Origin: Clostridia bacterium
Lineage (GTDB): Bacteria; Bacillota; Clostridia; Oscillospirales; Acutalibacteraceae
Length of the DNA stretch: 64,000 nt
Direction of reading: 5' to 3'
Assembly: GCA_017472575.1 (NCBI GenBank)
Contig: JAFUPX010000038.1
Span: 991 to 64,990 of the forward strand
Of this stretch, positions 29,603 through 38,314 are shown piece by piece; position 1 is the first letter of the stretch; the number at the start of each line of letters is the position of its first letter. Position numbers and translations under genes: made by a program. The notes beneath the pieces are model-generated. The model was not told the DNA's origin, made no database searches, and was given only the letters and a program-made list of their open reading frames with translations.

Positions 29603-30876
29603 TGTTTGTTGATGTTGCAAAAATACATCTTAAAGCTGGAAACGGCGGAAACGGCGCAGTTTCATTTCACAGAGAAAAATATGTAGCCGCAGGCGGACCT
29701 GACGGCGGCGACGGCGGCAGAGGCGGAAACATAATCTTCAAGGCAGACAGTAATTTATCCACCCTTGCTGATTTTAGATATAAAAGGAAATACTGCGCAG
29801 AGCCTGGTGAAAACGGACGAGCCTCCAGATGCAGCGGTAAAAGCGCTCCCGACCTTGTAATTTCGGTTCCTCAAGGTACACTTGTAAAGGATGCTGAAAC
29901 AGGAAGACTTATCGCAGATATATCTGACGATACACCGGTTATAATTGCCAAGGGCGGAAACGGCGGCTGGGGAAACAGCCATTTTGCAACCTCCACCCGT
30001 CAGGTGCCACGATTTGCTAAGAACGGAAACCCAGGTGAGGAGCTTGATGTTGTTCTTGAATTAAAGCTGCTTGCGGACGTAGGGTTAATCGGCTTTCCGA
30101 ATGTAGGTAAATCGACCCTTGTATCGGTTGTAAGTGAGGCAAAGCCCAAAATAGCCAACTACCATTTTACAACCCTTACACCTGTTTTAGGTGTTGTAAG
30201 GGTGGATGAAGGCGCTTCCTTTGTTATGGCGGATATACCCGGTCTTATAGAGGGCGCGGGCGAAGGAGTAGGCTTGGGTCACGAATTTTTGCGCCATGTT
30301 GAGCGTTGCAGAATGCTTATCCATGTCATAGATATTTCGGGCAGTGAGGGCAGAGACCCCAAGGATGATTTCGAGAAGATAAATAAAGAGCTTTCTGTTT
30401 TCAGCGAGGAATTATCACAGCGTCCCCAAATAATCGCAGGAAATAAGTGCGATATGTTGGACGAGGAGCAGATAGAAGAGTATAGAGTTTATTTTGAAGA
30501 AAAGGGATATAAATTTTTCCCCATCATAGCCCCCATTGCAGAGGGAACAAAAGAGCTTATTAGCTTTGTTGCAGGTGAGCTTTCAAAGCTGCCGCCCATA
30601 ATCAAGTATGAAGCTGAGCCTAAGCCCTTGGAGGACTTTACCAAGAAAAACAAACGCACATTCTCTATCCGCGTTTGTGACGGTGTATTCTTTGTTGAGA
30701 ACGCGCCGTGGCTTATGGATGTTATGAACACTGTTGACCCTGATGATTATGAATCTCTCCAGTATTTTGAGAGGGTTTTGCGTTCGAGCGGGATAATAGA
30801 TGCTCTGGTTGACGCCGGCGTTAAAGAGGGCGATACCGTAAGCGTTTACGATATAGAATTTGACTATGTAAACTAA
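29602..30876 (+). CDS. obg: GTPase Obg/CgtA
   Basis: It has the Gly-rich Obg fold (GGNGGNGAVSF, GGDGGRGG), G1 GFPNVGKST, G3 DIPGLIEGA, G4 NKCD and a C-terminal OCT domain. Confidence 0.95.
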   Translation: MFVDVAKIHLKAGNGGNGAVSFHREKYVAAGGPDGGDGGRGGNIIFKADSNLSTLADFRYKRKYCAEPGENGRASRCSGKSAPDLVISVPQGTLVKDAETGRLIADISDDTPVIIAKGGNGGWGNSHFATSTRQVPRFAKNGNPGEELDVVLELKLLADVGLIGFPNVGKSTLVSVVSEAKPKIANYHFTTLTPVLGVVRVDEGASFVMADIPGLIEGAGEGVGLGHEFLRHVERCRMLIHVIDISGSEGRDPKDDFEKINKELSVFSEELSQRPQIIAGNKCDMLDEEQIEEYRVYFEEKGYKFFPIIAPIAEGTKELISFVAGELSKLPPIIKYEAEPKPLEDFTKKNKRTFSIRVCDGVFFVENAPWLMDVMNTVDPDDYESLQYFERVLRSSGIIDALVDAGVKEGDTVSVYDIEFDYVN

Positions 30877-30887
30877 GAGGGATAAAA

Positions 30888-31268
30888 ATGGATAATGTAA
30901 ATCTTTTAAGTCCCTCTGTGCTCGCCTTTGTGGGAGACGGGGTTTACGGGCTTTATGTCAGAACAAGGCTCGCCGAAACCAACCGTCCCTCAGGGGAACT
31001 ACATAGTCTTTCGGTTAAGTGGGTCAACGCTTCTGCTCAGGCAAAAGCTTTTAAGCTTATTGAACCCGAGCTTACCGAAAGGGAACTTTCGGTTTTTAAA
31101 AGGGGCAGAAATTTCCATACCGGAAATACGCCTAAAGGCTCTACTGCCGGTGAATACCATACCGCTACAGGTCTTGAATGTCTTTTCGGATATTTGTATT
31201 TGTCGGGAGAAACAGACAGGGCAGACACGCTTTTTGGAATTATATGGTATAATCTTAATAATTTATAG
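30888..31268 (+). CDS. mrnC: Mini-ribonuclease III
   Basis: 126 aa with LAFVGDGVYGLYVR and ATGLECLFGYLYL, typical of Mini-III (YazC). Confidence 0.88.
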   Translation: MDNVNLLSPSVLAFVGDGVYGLYVRTRLAETNRPSGELHSLSVKWVNASAQAKAFKLIEPELTERELSVFKRGRNFHTGNTPKGSTAGEYHTATGLECLFGYLYLSGETDRADTLFGIIWYNLNNL

Positions 31269-31282
31269 TAAATTATCGTATA

Positions 31283-31325
31283 AACGGACACACTGTATAT
31301 ATACAGTGTGTCCGTTATTTTTTTG
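31283..31325 (+). terminator. Strong terminator after mrnC
   Basis: 36-nt perfect palindrome AACGGACACACTGTATAT/ATATACAGTGTGTCCGTT followed by ATTTTTTT. Confidence 0.85.
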
Positions 31326-31335
31326 GAGGTGCGTT

Positions 31336-32187
31336 ATGAATAAAAAGGTCTATAAAATTTTTGGAGATATCCTCGTTTATATATTGGGTGGCTTTATTTA
31401 TTCCGCCGCGGTTACAATGCTTATCTCACCGAATGAAATTTCACCCGGAGGATTTACGGGTATTGCAACCGTGCTTCAATATTTATTCGGTCTTCCTACG
31501 GGCGCGATGCTTTTTGCGCTTAACATTCCCGTGCTGATTATGGGATTTATATCCTTTGGCGGAATATTTATCTTTAAAACAGCGGCTGCAACGGTTATAA
31601 TGTCACTCACTCTGGAAATTTGCGAGGCTGTTTTGCCTGTTTTCAAGGTGGATAAAATTCTTGCCTGCGTTTTCGGAGGTATACTTATGGGGTTGGGACT
31701 GAGCCTTATAATGCTTAAAGGAGCAACCTCGGGAGGTGTAGATATTATTGCCAAGTTTATAAACCGCCGTTATCCGCATCTTACAGTAGGCAGACTGATT
31801 CTCTTTTCCGATGCACTTGTTGTGGCTGTTACGGCTATTGTCTACAAAAATATTGAAAGTGCGCTTTATTCGGTAGTATCGCTCTATGCCTCCTCAAAAA
31901 TAGTTGATGTTATGCTTTATGGCTCTGATAAGGGAAAAATTATTTATATAATAACAAATAAGGCAAAGGAAATATCAAATGAGATAATCGCGGTTTTGCA
32001 AAGAGGTGTAACCGAAATAAATGTTGTGGGCAGTTTTACAGGTAAGCAAAGAAAAATGCTTATGTGCACAGTAAGAAGGCAGGAGGTATCCCTTGTGCTT
32101 AATATTACAAGGAATTTGGATAACGATTCTTTTATTGTTGTAGGAGAGGCCGGAGAGATATTCGGGCAGGGCTTTAAGAAAATTTAA
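31336..32187 (+). CDS. YitT-family membrane protein (DUF2179 C-terminal domain)
   Basis: It begins MNKKVYKIFGDILVYILGGFIYSAAV..ISPGGFTG and has 5 TM plus a soluble C-terminal domain. GGAGG SD lies 5 nt upstream of the ATG at 31336. Confidence 0.82.
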   Translation: MNKKVYKIFGDILVYILGGFIYSAAVTMLISPNEISPGGFTGIATVLQYLFGLPTGAMLFALNIPVLIMGFISFGGIFIFKTAAATVIMSLTLEICEAVLPVFKVDKILACVFGGILMGLGLSLIMLKGATSGGVDIIAKFINRRYPHLTVGRLILFSDALVVAVTAIVYKNIESALYSVVSLYASSKIVDVMLYGSDKGKIIYIITNKAKEISNEIIAVLQRGVTEINVVGSFTGKQRKMLMCTVRRQEVSLVLNITRNLDNDSFIVVGEAGEIFGQGFKKI

Positions 32188-32204
32188 AAAAATTAAATTG
32201 ACTA

Positions 32205-32232
32205 TTGCTTTTTTCTGATATTGTGGTATAAT
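32205..32232 (+). promoter_or_regulatory. Candidate sigma-A promoter of nrdDG
   Basis: TTGCTT (32205-32210), 16-nt spacer, TGg-TATAAT (32224-32232). Confidence 0.5.
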
Positions 32233-32243
32233 AGTGCTTGCCG

Positions 32244-32259
32244 ACACAATATATTGTGT
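32244..32259. promoter_or_regulatory. NrdR box
   Basis: ACACAATATATTGTGT is a perfect 16-bp palindrome matching the NrdR-box consensus. It lies 12 nt downstream of the -10 and 45 nt upstream of the nrdD ATG. Confidence 0.8.
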
Positions 32260-32303
32260 TAATTGTCAGTGAAATATATCATATTTTGGGAGGAATAGAA
32301 AAA

Positions 32304-34481
32304 ATGAAGATTATCAAAAGAAGCGGCGCAGAAGTCAGCTTTGACCCTAAAAAGATAGTTATCGCCGTTGCTAAAGCAAATCAAAGCGTTGTTCCCAGCG
32401 AGCGTATGTCGGATATCCAGATAAAGCGTATAGCAGAGGATGTTGAAAGTGCGGCTGCAAATATAAACCGCTCTTTAAGCGTTGAAGAAATCCAAGATAT
32501 GGTAGAGGATCAGATAATGAATCAGCGCGCCTTTGAGGTTGCAAGGCGCTATATAACCTACCGCTATAACAGAGCGTTGGTTCGTAAGTCTAACACTACT
32601 GATGAGCAAATATTATCCCTTATTGAATGTAATAATGAAGAGGTTAAGCAGGAGAATTCAAATAAGAATCCTACCGTTAACAGCGTTCAGCGTGACTATA
32701 TGGCAGGAGAGGTCAGCAAGGATATAACCAAGCGTATTTTGCTTGAACCCGATATCGTTGAGGCTCACGAAAATGGAATTATCCACTTCCACGACGCGGA
32801 CTATTTCGCTCAGCATATGCATAACTGCGACCTTGTAAATTTAGGCGATATGCTCCAGAACGGTACCGTTATCAGCGGAACTCTTATCGAAAAGCCGCAC
32901 AGCTTTTCTACCGCCTGCAATATTGCAACACAAATTATAGCTCAGGTTGCCTCCTGTCAGTACGGAGGGCAGAGCATCAGCCTTACACACTTAGCTCCCT
33001 TTGTTGATATAAGCAGAAAGAAGATAAGAGTTGAGGTTGAGGACGAGCTTAAAACAATCGGTACAACCCTTACAAATGAGCAGATAGACACTGTTGTTGA
33101 AAAGCGTCTACGCGAGGAGGTTCGCAAGGGCGTTCAGATGATTCAGTATCAGGTTGTAACCCTTATGACAACCAACGGTCAGGCTCCCTTTGTAACTGTA
33201 TTTATGTATCTGAACGAGGCAGAAAACGAGCGCGAGAAGCAGGACCTTGCTATGATTATAGAGGAGACTCTTCGCCAGCGTTATCAGGGTGTTAAGAATG
33301 AAAAGGGTGTTTGGATAACTCCGGCTTTCCCGAAGCTTATATATGTTCTTGAAGAAGATAACATAAAAGAGGACAGCAAGTACTGGTATTTGACAAAGCT
33401 TGCCGCCAAATGTACCGCTAAGCGAATGGTTCCCGATTATATCTCCGAGAAGATTATGCTTCAGAATAAGATAGATAAAAACGGCGAGGGTCATTGCTAC
33501 ACCTGTATGGGCTGCCGCAGCTTCCTGACTCCCTATGTTGATGAAAACGGTAACCCTAAGTATTACGGACGCTTCAATCAGGGTGTTGTAACGGTTAACC
33601 TTGTTGATATCGGTCTTTCTGCCGGCAAAGATATTGAGAAATTCTGGAAGATATTTGACGAGCGTATGGAGCTTTGCCACAGAGCGCTTCAGGCAAGACA
33701 CGAGCGCTTAACAGGCACTCTTTCGGATGCCGCTCCCATTCTCTGGCAGCATGGCGCACTGCTTCGCCTTAACAAGGGTGAGACTATCGATAAGTATCTC
33801 CACGGCGGATATTCAACCCTTTCTCTCGGCTATGCGGGACTTTGGGAATGTGTTTACAGTATGATAGATAAGAAGCTGACCGAGCCTGCCGGAAAGCAGT
33901 TCGGACTTGAGATTATGAAGAAACTCAACGAATATACTGCTAAGTGGAAAGCGGCGGAGAATATCGACTATTCTCTCTACGGAACCCCTCTTGAGAGTAC
34001 AACCTACAAGTTTGCAAAATGCCTGCAGAAGCGTTTCGGAGTTATAAAGGGAGTTACCGACCGCAACTACATCACAAACAGCTATCATGTTCATGTTACC
34101 GAGGATATTGATGCTTTTGATAAGCTTGCATTAGAGTCGGAATTTCAGGCTTTGTCTCCCGGAGGAGCAATCTCCTATGTTGAGGTTCCTGATATGCAGA
34201 ATAATCTTGACGCAGTTATTGCGCTTATGAAGTTTATCTATGATAATATTATGTATGCGGAGCTTAATACCAAGAGCGATTTCTGCCATGTCTGCGGATA
34301 TGACGGGGAAATCGAAATCAAGGAGGACGGTCACGGAAAATTAATCTGGACCTGTCCCAACTGCGGCAATACAGACGAAAGCAAGCTCAATGTTGCAAGA
34401 AGAACCTGCGGTTACATCGGAACACAGTTCTGGAATCAGGGTAGAACACAGGAAATAAAAGAGAGAGTTTTGCATCTTTAA
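32304..34481 (+). CDS. nrdD: Anaerobic ribonucleoside-triphosphate reductase (class III)
   Basis: It has an N-terminal ATP-cone (IIKRSGAEVSFDPKKI), a C-terminal Zn site CHVCGY...CPNCG and the glycyl-radical motif RRTCGYIG. GGAGG SD lies upstream of the ATG at 32304. Confidence 0.95.
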   Translation: MKIIKRSGAEVSFDPKKIVIAVAKANQSVVPSERMSDIQIKRIAEDVESAAANINRSLSVEEIQDMVEDQIMNQRAFEVARRYITYRYNRALVRKSNTTDEQILSLIECNNEEVKQENSNKNPTVNSVQRDYMAGEVSKDITKRILLEPDIVEAHENGIIHFHDADYFAQHMHNCDLVNLGDMLQNGTVISGTLIEKPHSFSTACNIATQIIAQVASCQYGGQSISLTHLAPFVDISRKKIRVEVEDELKTIGTTLTNEQIDTVVEKRLREEVRKGVQMIQYQVVTLMTTNGQAPFVTVFMYLNEAENEREKQDLAMIIEETLRQRYQGVKNEKGVWITPAFPKLIYVLEEDNIKEDSKYWYLTKLAAKCTAKRMVPDYISEKIMLQNKIDKNGEGHCYTCMGCRSFLTPYVDENGNPKYYGRFNQGVVTVNLVDIGLSAGKDIEKFWKIFDERMELCHRALQARHERLTGTLSDAAPILWQHGALLRLNKGETIDKYLHGGYSTLSLGYAGLWECVYSMIDKKLTEPAGKQFGLEIMKKLNEYTAKWKAAENIDYSLYGTPLESTTYKFAKCLQKRFGVIKGVTDRNYITNSYHVHVTEDIDAFDKLALESEFQALSPGGAISYVEVPDMQNNLDAVIALMKFIYDNIMYAELNTKSDFCHVCGYDGEIEIKEDGHGKLIWTCPNCGNTDESKLNVARRTCGYIGTQFWNQGRTQEIKERVLHL

Positions 34482-34490
34482 TAAAAACCA

Positions 34491-34531
34491 AACAAAACCT
34501 CTTTTATTTTAGGTAAAAGAGGTTTTGTTTT
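34491..34531 (+). promoter_or_regulatory. nrdD-nrdG intercistronic hairpin (attenuator) that contains the nrdG SD
   Basis: 16-bp perfect stem AACAAAACCTCTTTTA (34491-34506) / TAAAAGAGGTTTTGTT (34514-34529) followed by TT. AAGAGG (34517-34522) is in the 3' arm, 9 nt from the ATG. Confidence 0.7.
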
Positions 34532-35092
34532 ATGAACTATGCAGTTATAAAGAAATTCGATATTGCTAACGGACCGGGGGTAAGAGTATCATTGTTCGTA
34601 AGCGGATGCCGTCATCACTGCAAAAACTGCTTTAATAAAGAGGCGTGGGATTTTGATTACGGCTATGAATATAATGATGCTGTAATTGATGAAATTATAG
34701 AAGCCTGCGATAAGGATTATATAACAGGATTATCATTGCTCGGCGGAGAACCGTTTGAGCCTGAAAATCAGGAGGGAATTTTAAGGCTGGTTGAAAGATT
34801 TGATGAGAAATTCCCCGATAAGGATATTTGGTGCTATACGGGATTTTTGTTTGATAAACAGCTTCTTGCAGGAGCTGTAGGCAATTCGGAAACCGTTTTA
34901 AAGGCTTTAGAGCATATTGATGTTGTGGTAGACGGTAAGTTTGTTGAAGAGCTTAAAAATCTTGCCTTGATTTTCAGAGGCTCATCAAATCAGAGAATAA
35001 TAGATGTTAAAAAATCCTTAGAGCAGGATAAGACTATCTTGCTGGACGGCAAATGGGAAAGGAAAATGGGCAATAGCTCAATATATGATTAG
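34532..35092 (+). CDS. nrdG: Anaerobic ribonucleotide reductase activating protein (radical SAM)
   Basis: 186 aa with GPGVRVSLFVSGCRHHCKNCFN (CxxxCxxC cluster). Confidence 0.92.
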   Translation: MNYAVIKKFDIANGPGVRVSLFVSGCRHHCKNCFNKEAWDFDYGYEYNDAVIDEIIEACDKDYITGLSLLGGEPFEPENQEGILRLVERFDEKFPDKDIWCYTGFLFDKQLLAGAVGNSETVLKALEHIDVVVDGKFVEELKNLALIFRGSSNQRIIDVKKSLEQDKTILLDGKWERKMGNSSIYD

Positions 35093-35103
35093 GAGAAAGA
35101 AAA

Positions 35104-35547
35104 ATGGTTAAAGTGAAATTTAAAAAGCTCAGTGAAAACGCAACCGTTCCGAGCTATGGCTCGGCTTTTGCCGCAGGAGCAGACCTTTACGCCTGCACAA
35201 GCGGAGAGACGGTTACTTTTGCTCCGGGAGAGACCAAAATGATACATACGGGTATTTCTCTTGAAATTCCCGAAGGATATGCCGGACTTGTATATGCCAG
35301 AAGCGGCATAGCAACAAAGCGCGGTCTTGCTCCTGCGAATAAGGTAGGCGTTATTGACAGCGACTACCGCGGAGAAATAATGGTTTCCTTGCATAATCAT
35401 TCGTGCGAAGTTCAGGAAATTGCCGATAAGGAGAGAATAGCTCAGCTTGTTATTGCTCCCTTTTTAGCGGTTGATTTTGTTGAGGCTGACGAGCTTTCTG
35501 ATACAGACAGGGGAGCCGGCGGATTCGGTTCTACAGGAACAAAATAA
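35104..35547 (+). CDS. dut: dUTP diphosphatase
   Basis: 147 aa with the dUTPase motifs AAGADLYA, GVIDSDYRGE and GGFGSTG. Confidence 0.93.
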   Translation: MVKVKFKKLSENATVPSYGSAFAAGADLYACTSGETVTFAPGETKMIHTGISLEIPEGYAGLVYARSGIATKRGLAPANKVGVIDSDYRGEIMVSLHNHSCEVQEIADKERIAQLVIAPFLAVDFVEADELSDTDRGAGGFGSTGTK

Positions 35548-35553
35548 ATTTAA

Positions 35554-35588
35554 AAAGAATCACGGACACAATTTGTCCGTGATTCTTT
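35554..35588. terminator. Bidirectional terminator between dut and the convergent CarD-family gene
   Basis: AAAGAATCACGGACA - CAATT - TGTCCGTGATTCTTT is flanked by A-run and T-run. Confidence 0.8.
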
Positions 35589-36103
35589 TAATCTTTAATA
35601 CCAAGAATATTTCTTATATATTTTCCTACTTCCTCACCGGTGAGGTTTAGAACAAAGGAAAATTCGTTTTCAACCGATTCCTGAGCTTTTGTAAGGCTAT
35701 CCTCGTCATAAGAAGATAGCTTTTTATTTTCCGCCTTTAGGGCGACTTTTTTAAGATAAATACAGCTTACAAGCTCTATTAACTGCTGAACGTTTCCTTC
35801 TGCTAAAACCTTGCGGAAATTTTCGCTCCGTTCCTTGCGGTCTTCTATCCAGCTAAGCTCTTTACCTTTGCTTGAGGCTATAATTTCGTCAATTTCATCC
35901 TTAGTAAGAATATAGCGCATTTTTGCAAGCAGCGGTTCACTGTTTACCGGAACATATAGAGTTGAGTTTTTGTTTTGCAAGGGCTTTAAAATATAAAAGT
36001 CGTTGCTTTTACCCGGCTTTAGCTCCATTGATTTTATTTCTTCTATAAGACATACTCCGCTTGCCGCATATCTGACATAATCGCCTTTTTTATACTGTGT
36101 CAT
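35588..36103 (-). CDS. CarD/CdnL-family RNA-polymerase-binding transcription factor
   Basis: 171 aa. The N-terminal Tudor-like GDYVRYAASGVCLIEEI...FYILKP is typical of CarD_CdnL_TRCF. Confidence 0.75.
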   Translation of the reverse strand: MTQYKKGDYVRYAASGVCLIEEIKSMELKPGKSNDFYILKPLQNKNSTLYVPVNSEPLLAKMRYILTKDEIDEIIASSKGKELSWIEDRKERSENFRKVLAEGNVQQLIELVSCIYLKKVALKAENKKLSSYDEDSLTKAQESVENEFSFVLNLTGEEVGKYIRNILGIKD

Positions 36104-36181
36104 CCTTATAACCTCCTACTTGATTATACCAAAAATCAGGCAGGGATTTCAAAGGAAATTTTCAAAAAAGTCTAAAAAATT

Positions 36182-37477
<1,296 letters not shown>

Positions 37478-37525
37478 TTAATAAAAAAGTATTTTATTAT
37501 AAGAAAAAATGTGATATAATCTAAA

Positions 37526-38314
37526 ATGTATAATTATGTATTAGGTTGTGCTGTAAAAGTGGAAAATAAAACAGAAGAAAAGTTTAACAATATAATCTGC
37601 GGAAGAAATCCCGTGCTTGAGGCTGTGCGCTCCGGCAGAGAGATTGACCGACTGCTTGTAGCCCACGGGGTTTCGGGCGGCTCGGTTGCGGCAATAATTG
37701 CAAAATGCTCAGCAAAGGGTATTTTAATAAAGGAAGTAAGTCCGCAAAAGCTGGATTATTACACAGGCGGTGCCAACCATCAAGGTGTTGCCGTTATGTT
37801 TGCATCTCAGGAATATGCCTCGGTTGAGGATATTTTCGCGGTTGCAAAGGAAAGAAACGAAAAGCCGTTTATAATTATATGTGATGAGATAGAGGACCCT
37901 CATAATTTAGGGGCAATAATAAGAACCGCAGAGGCTTGCGGGGTACACGGTATAATTATTCCTAAGCGCAGAAGCGCGTCTTTAAACGCAACGGTTGCAA
38001 AATCAGCAAGCGGAGCGCTTGAATATATGAAGGTTGCAAGGGTCACCAATATTCCTAACACAATTGAGGAGTTAAAGCAAAAGGGTGTTTGGGTTTTCGG
38101 TGCTGATATGGACGGTACTGACTTTGAACAGACCGATTTTGACCTTCCTTGTGCCATAGTAATAGGAAATGAGGGCAAGGGTATAGGCACATTAACTGCC
38201 AAACGGTGTGATGTGATAGTAAGCCTGCCTATGCATGGAAAAATAAATTCGCTAAATGCCTCTGTTGCGGCTGGCGTGTTAATGTATGAAGTTGTAAGAA
38301 AAAGGAGAAAATAA
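37526..38314 (+). CDS. rlmB: TrmH/SpoU-family 23S rRNA 2'-O-methyltransferase (RlmB-like)
   Basis: It has CGRNPVLEAV and the SpoU motifs DPHNLGAIIRTA, IGNEGKGI and SLNASVAAGVLMYE. The start is uncertain: the ATG at 37526 lies only ~6 nt after a TGaTATAAT -10, and GTG at 37559 is an alternative. Confidence 0.8.
   Translation: MYNYVLGCAVKVENKTEEKFNNIICGRNPVLEAVRSGREIDRLLVAHGVSGGSVAAIIAKCSAKGILIKEVSPQKLDYYTGGANHQGVAVMFASQEYASVEDIFAVAKERNEKPFIIICDEIEDPHNLGAIIRTAEACGVHGIIIPKRRSASLNATVAKSASGALEYMKVARVTNIPNTIEELKQKGVWVFGADMDGTDFEQTDFDLPCAIVIGNEGKGIGTLTAKRCDVIVSLPMHGKINSLNASVAAGVLMYEVVRKRRK

Noticed and set aside
30928-31335. 136-codon N-terminal extension of the YitT-family ORF, overlapping mrnC in another frame and reading through the mrnC terminator.
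   Set aside because: The extension has no SD and runs through a 36-nt palindromic terminator. The ATG at 31336 has a GGAGG SD and gives a typical YitT N-terminus. The open upstream frame is coincidental.
32268-32284. Possible second NrdR box downstream of the perfect one (AGTGAAATATATCATAT).
   Set aside because: It gives only ~9/16 matches, and the spacing to the perfect box (~25 bp) does not fit the usual ~31-33 bp phasing.
33108-33701. 197-aa ORF antisense to nrdD. There are similar long antisense ORFs at 5467-5910, 9010-9525, 18429-18914, 42243-42800, 54858-55334 and 60045-60506.
   Set aside because: All lie entirely inside, or antisense to, confidently identified conserved genes. Their compositions (Ser/Leu/Ile/Phe-rich) are typical of shadow frames of Lys/Glu-rich genes. 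They lack SD sequences and recognisable motifs.
31283-35588. Shared ACGGACACA...TGTCCG core in the terminators at 31283-31318 and 35554-35588 (a similar AACGGAGACAG is at 24783), suggestive of a dispersed repeat family.
   Set aside because: The similarity is limited to ~9 nt within GC-rich stem arms. The lengths and loops differ. It is most simply explained as convergent terminator composition.
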